This document shows positions 54,988-56,970 of a stretch of DNA of 56,970 nucleotides, piece after piece. Both the position numbers and the translations under genes were made by a program. The DNA comes from an uncultured virus (IMG/VR IMGVR_UViG_3300007512_000010) (Duplodnaviria > Heunggongvirae > Uroviricota > Caudoviricetes). Each line of letters starts with the position of its first letter. The stretch's first letter is position 1. The stretch lies in the IMG/VR virus record IMGVR_UViG_3300007512_000010, positions 62,001-118,970 of that record, one strand, 5' to 3'. Under the pieces are notes generated by a model, which had not been told where the DNA came from, searched no databases, and saw only the letters and a list, made by a program, of their open reading frames with translations.

Positions 54988-56181
54988 ATGTCTAGTGTAC
55001 CTAATGAAGTCCTCAACGAGCTTTTCGTTTCGAAACTCGATAGTGAGGCTGGTAAAGAAAAGATTGCTGCCCTAGGTGGTGATTACATTCGTGATCGTCT
55101 GCGTGAGGAGAGCTTTGCTCGCAAAGTCCTCCCCCCGAAGTCGGTTTCTCGCTCTGACCTTCAGGTCAGTGTTGCCCACGACACCCTGGTGAAGATCGTA
55201 GAGGTCGAACCCCAGAGCCGTGCCATGTCGATGTCTTTCCGAGGCCAGCCCTCGGTGAAGTACTACACTGGCCCGCGTTTTGAGGTTCCGTTCCACACGG
55301 TCGGTTCGCTCCGTTACGAGCAGACCGAGCAGGAGCTTATGGCCTACACGCTTCCGATCACCGAGATCATCCGTCGTAACATTGTTAACGACATCCAGGA
55401 GATCGAGGATCGGGTGTTCCTGAACCACATGGAGTCGGCTGTTCAGTCACTCCAGCAGGATGCACAGAGCCTTACCTTTGGCGCTGCTTACGCCGACGCT
55501 GCTGCCTTCTCGGCATGGAACGTCGAGAATAACAGCCTGTCTGAGGTCGGTAAGTGCAAGGGTGTTGATGTTCTCAACAATACTGCCGTAGCTAACGCTT
55601 CGGACAGCCTTGATGAGGATCTCGTCTACCCCATCCAGAAGGATGACCTGATTAAGCTGTTCCAGCTTTTCACTGGTACGGGTAACCGTGGTTCGCGTTT
55701 GCGTTGTGATCAGTTCCTGATCACTGACACTGACTTCGAAGACATCAACGCGTGGGCTCATAGCGATATGGGCGAGAAGGTCGGTGAGACGACCGTTGAC
55801 GGGTTCAAGTACAAGACGCTCATTGGGCGTCGCTTTGTGCGTACCCTGAAGACGGACATCCTCCGTCCCGGTAACATCTACGCGTTCTGCTCTCCGGAGT
55901 ACTTGGGTGGCTTCCTGCTTCTCAACAAGACCAAGTTCTTTGCCGATAAGGAACGGAACCGGGTCTCGTTTGAGGCATGGGAAGACATTGGTATGTACGT
56001 TGGTAACGTCGCTGGTGTGCGTAAGCTTGAGCTTTACGCCGGTGCGGTCGAGACCGTTGGTACTGCCGCTGACAATGCGACCACACGGGCCGCATACCTG
56101 CCCAAGGCAGAGGCCGATCTTGGTGCGAAGAACAACCTTGTTGAGGAAGGCGAAACCTTCCCCAGCATCTCGAACTTCTAG
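54988..56181 (+). CDS. Major capsid protein (HK97 fold)
   Basis: Strong AAGGAGG RBS; DYIRDRLREESFARKVLPP, IQEIEDRVF, CSPEYLG, AWEDIGMYVGN; follows protease/scaffold/decoration genes and precedes a stable hairpin. Confidence 0.8.
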   Translation: MSSVPNEVLNELFVSKLDSEAGKEKIAALGGDYIRDRLREESFARKVLPPKSVSRSDLQVSVAHDTLVKIVEVEPQSRAMSMSFRGQPSVKYYTGPRFEVPFHTVGSLRYEQTEQELMAYTLPITEIIRRNIVNDIQEIEDRVFLNHMESAVQSLQQDAQSLTFGAAYADAAAFSAWNVENNSLSEVGKCKGVDVLNNTAVANASDSLDEDLVYPIQKDDLIKLFQLFTGTGNRGSRLRCDQFLITDTDFEDINAWAHSDMGEKVGETTVDGFKYKTLIGRRFVRTLKTDILRPGNIYAFCSPEYLGGFLLLNKTKFFADKERNRVSFEAWEDIGMYVGNVAGVRKLELYAGAVETVGTAADNATTRAAYLPKAEADLGAKNNLVEEGETFPSISNF

Positions 56182-56199
56182 CCTTTTGTAGTAGTACTG

Positions 56200-56245
56200 G
56201 TGGGCACCCCCTGGCTTCGGCTGGGGGGTGTCTCACCCCTTCATT
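56200..56245 (+). terminator. C(UUCG)G hairpin after the MCP gene; partial terminator or mRNA stabiliser
   Basis: GTGGGCACCCCCTGGC-TTCG-GCTGGGGGGTGTCTCAC followed by a weak pyrimidine tract. Confidence 0.65.
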
Positions 56246-56268
56246 TATTCATATTAGGAGCTAATAGG

Positions 56269-56787
56269 ATGCCCTACATCATTAAAAGTCTGGTCGGCAC
56301 GCGGAGAGATCCGAATCGTCGTGGGCATCGGAGCCCCTTCGTTGTTAGAAATTCCGCACGACTCCACATTGGAAAACGGTCCATTAAGGCCGGTAAGTCT
56401 GTGTCTATCAGCGACACAGTGTTTGAGAGAAACGAAGCCCAAATCACTGCCTTAGCTAAAGCTGGAATTATCGAGCTACGCAAACTGGGCGCAGCGAGTA
56501 ACTGGGAACCAGAACAGATCCACGTACCAGTAGAGCCACCGGCCGAAGAGGCACAAGAGGCAGCACCTGAAGAAGCTGCTGCTGAAGAAGCCCCGGTTGA
56601 GGCGGCTGCTGAAGAACCAACACCCGAGCCAGAGCCAGAGCCGGAACCCGAGCCCGAACCTGAGCCCGAACCTGAGCCCGAACCGGAACCGGAACCTGCT
56701 CCCGAGCCAGAACCAAAGAAGGCAGAAAAGCCTAAGAAGAAGGTTCAATCGAGGCGTCGGAAGCGCAAAAAGGCTGAGGACAAGTAA
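56269..56787 (+). CDS. Hypothetical virion protein with a (PE)n repeat and basic tail
   Basis: AGGAG RBS, ATG 56269; EAAA/PE repeats followed by KKKVQSRRRKRKK. Confidence 0.65.
   Translation: MPYIIKSLVGTRRDPNRRGHRSPFVVRNSARLHIGKRSIKAGKSVSISDTVFERNEAQITALAKAGIIELRKLGAASNWEPEQIHVPVEPPAEEAQEAAPEEAAAEEAPVEAAAEEPTPEPEPEPEPEPEPEPEPEPEPEPEPAPEPEPKKAEKPKKKVQSRRRKRKKAEDK
56623..56715 (+). repeat. Degenerate 6-bp coding tandem repeat (CCNGAR)n encoding Pro-Glu
   Basis: cccgagccagagccagagccggaacccgagcccgaacctgag... Confidence 0.85.
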
Positions 56788-56970
56788 TGTATATTCGAAG
56801 CGAAAAGCGTACTTGGAAGATCCTAGGGAAGCACCTGACTAAAGGCGCTGTCATGCCCATCACGGCTGAGCAACTCAAGGATTACCGTAGTCTGCTTAGC
56901 TCCGGGGACCTCGTCGTTTTAGATGACCACCCAGACGAAAAAAAGAAGGCAGCTTCTCGTCGTCGAGCAA
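56787..56970 (+). CDS. 3'-truncated hypothetical protein (MYIRSEKRTWKILGKHLTKGAVMPITAEQLKDYRSLLSSGDLVVL...)
   Basis: TAATG coupling to the previous stop; open to the window end; loosely resembles the N-terminal domain of the preceding gene. Confidence 0.55.
   Translation, partial: MYIRSEKRTWKILGKHLTKGAVMPITAEQLKDYRSLLSSGDLVVLDDHPDEKKKAASRRRA

Noticed and set aside
56623..56715. Tandem repeat as a regulatory or CRISPR-like array
   Set aside because: Variation is confined to synonymous positions of Pro-Glu codons, so it is a protein-level repeat.
1..56970. phiKZ-like nucleus-forming jumbo phage
   Set aside because: The RNAP is fused and bacterial-like rather than split, the DNA polymerase is family A, and no tubulin or shell protein is recognisable in this window. 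The rest of the genome is unseen.
1..56970. Stop-codon reassignment
   Set aside because: Known genes are full length in the standard code, and TAA, TAG and TGA all end tightly packed genes.
1..56970. tRNA, rRNA or other structured ncRNA genes
   Set aside because: Intergenic gaps are short and I recognised no cloverleaf or rRNA sequence. A tRNAscan/Infernal run would be needed to exclude them formally.

Overview
This window is about 57 kb of a large tailed dsDNA bacteriophage genome, probably a myovirus, read in the standard genetic code. The host is tentatively Myxococcota/Bdellovibrionota-like. It has three parts. (1) The 3' part of a giant beta-helix tailspike-like gene, two small minus-strand genes and a lone host-like VWA lipoprotein gene (1-7.8 kb). 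(2) An ~18 kb minus-strand replication/recombination operon (7.9-26.3 kb): XRE regulator, SF2 helicase, degenerate UDG, DnaB-like helicase, primase, Zn-ribbon SSB, family A DNA polymerase, GIY-YIG, MazG, RecA, two resolvases, Cas4-like nuclease and an AT-hook protein. (3) A plus-strand virion module (26.3-57 kb): portal, baseplate spike, SNF2-like helicase, GpA-type terminase, many Gly/Ala/Lys-rich head proteins, HK97/assemblin-fold protease, scaffold-like proteins and major capsid protein. Three things stand out. First, a single 2077-aa polypeptide contains a complete but streamlined bacterial-type RNA polymerase beta+beta' fusion and sits inside the virion module. Second, a 13-bp motif (TTTTWGGKATAAG) heads three minus-strand units, and two terminators share an identical TTTTTTAGCTA tail; together these are a candidate phage-specific promoter/terminator code for that RNAP. 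Third, a K-x-A(S/A/G) motif recurs through the head proteins, the protease and the capsid N-terminus, and is a candidate proteolytic maturation/cargo code. It flanks an embedded Hc1 histone-like domain and also marks the SNF2 helicase. All functional calls come from motif recognition by eye; no searches were run.
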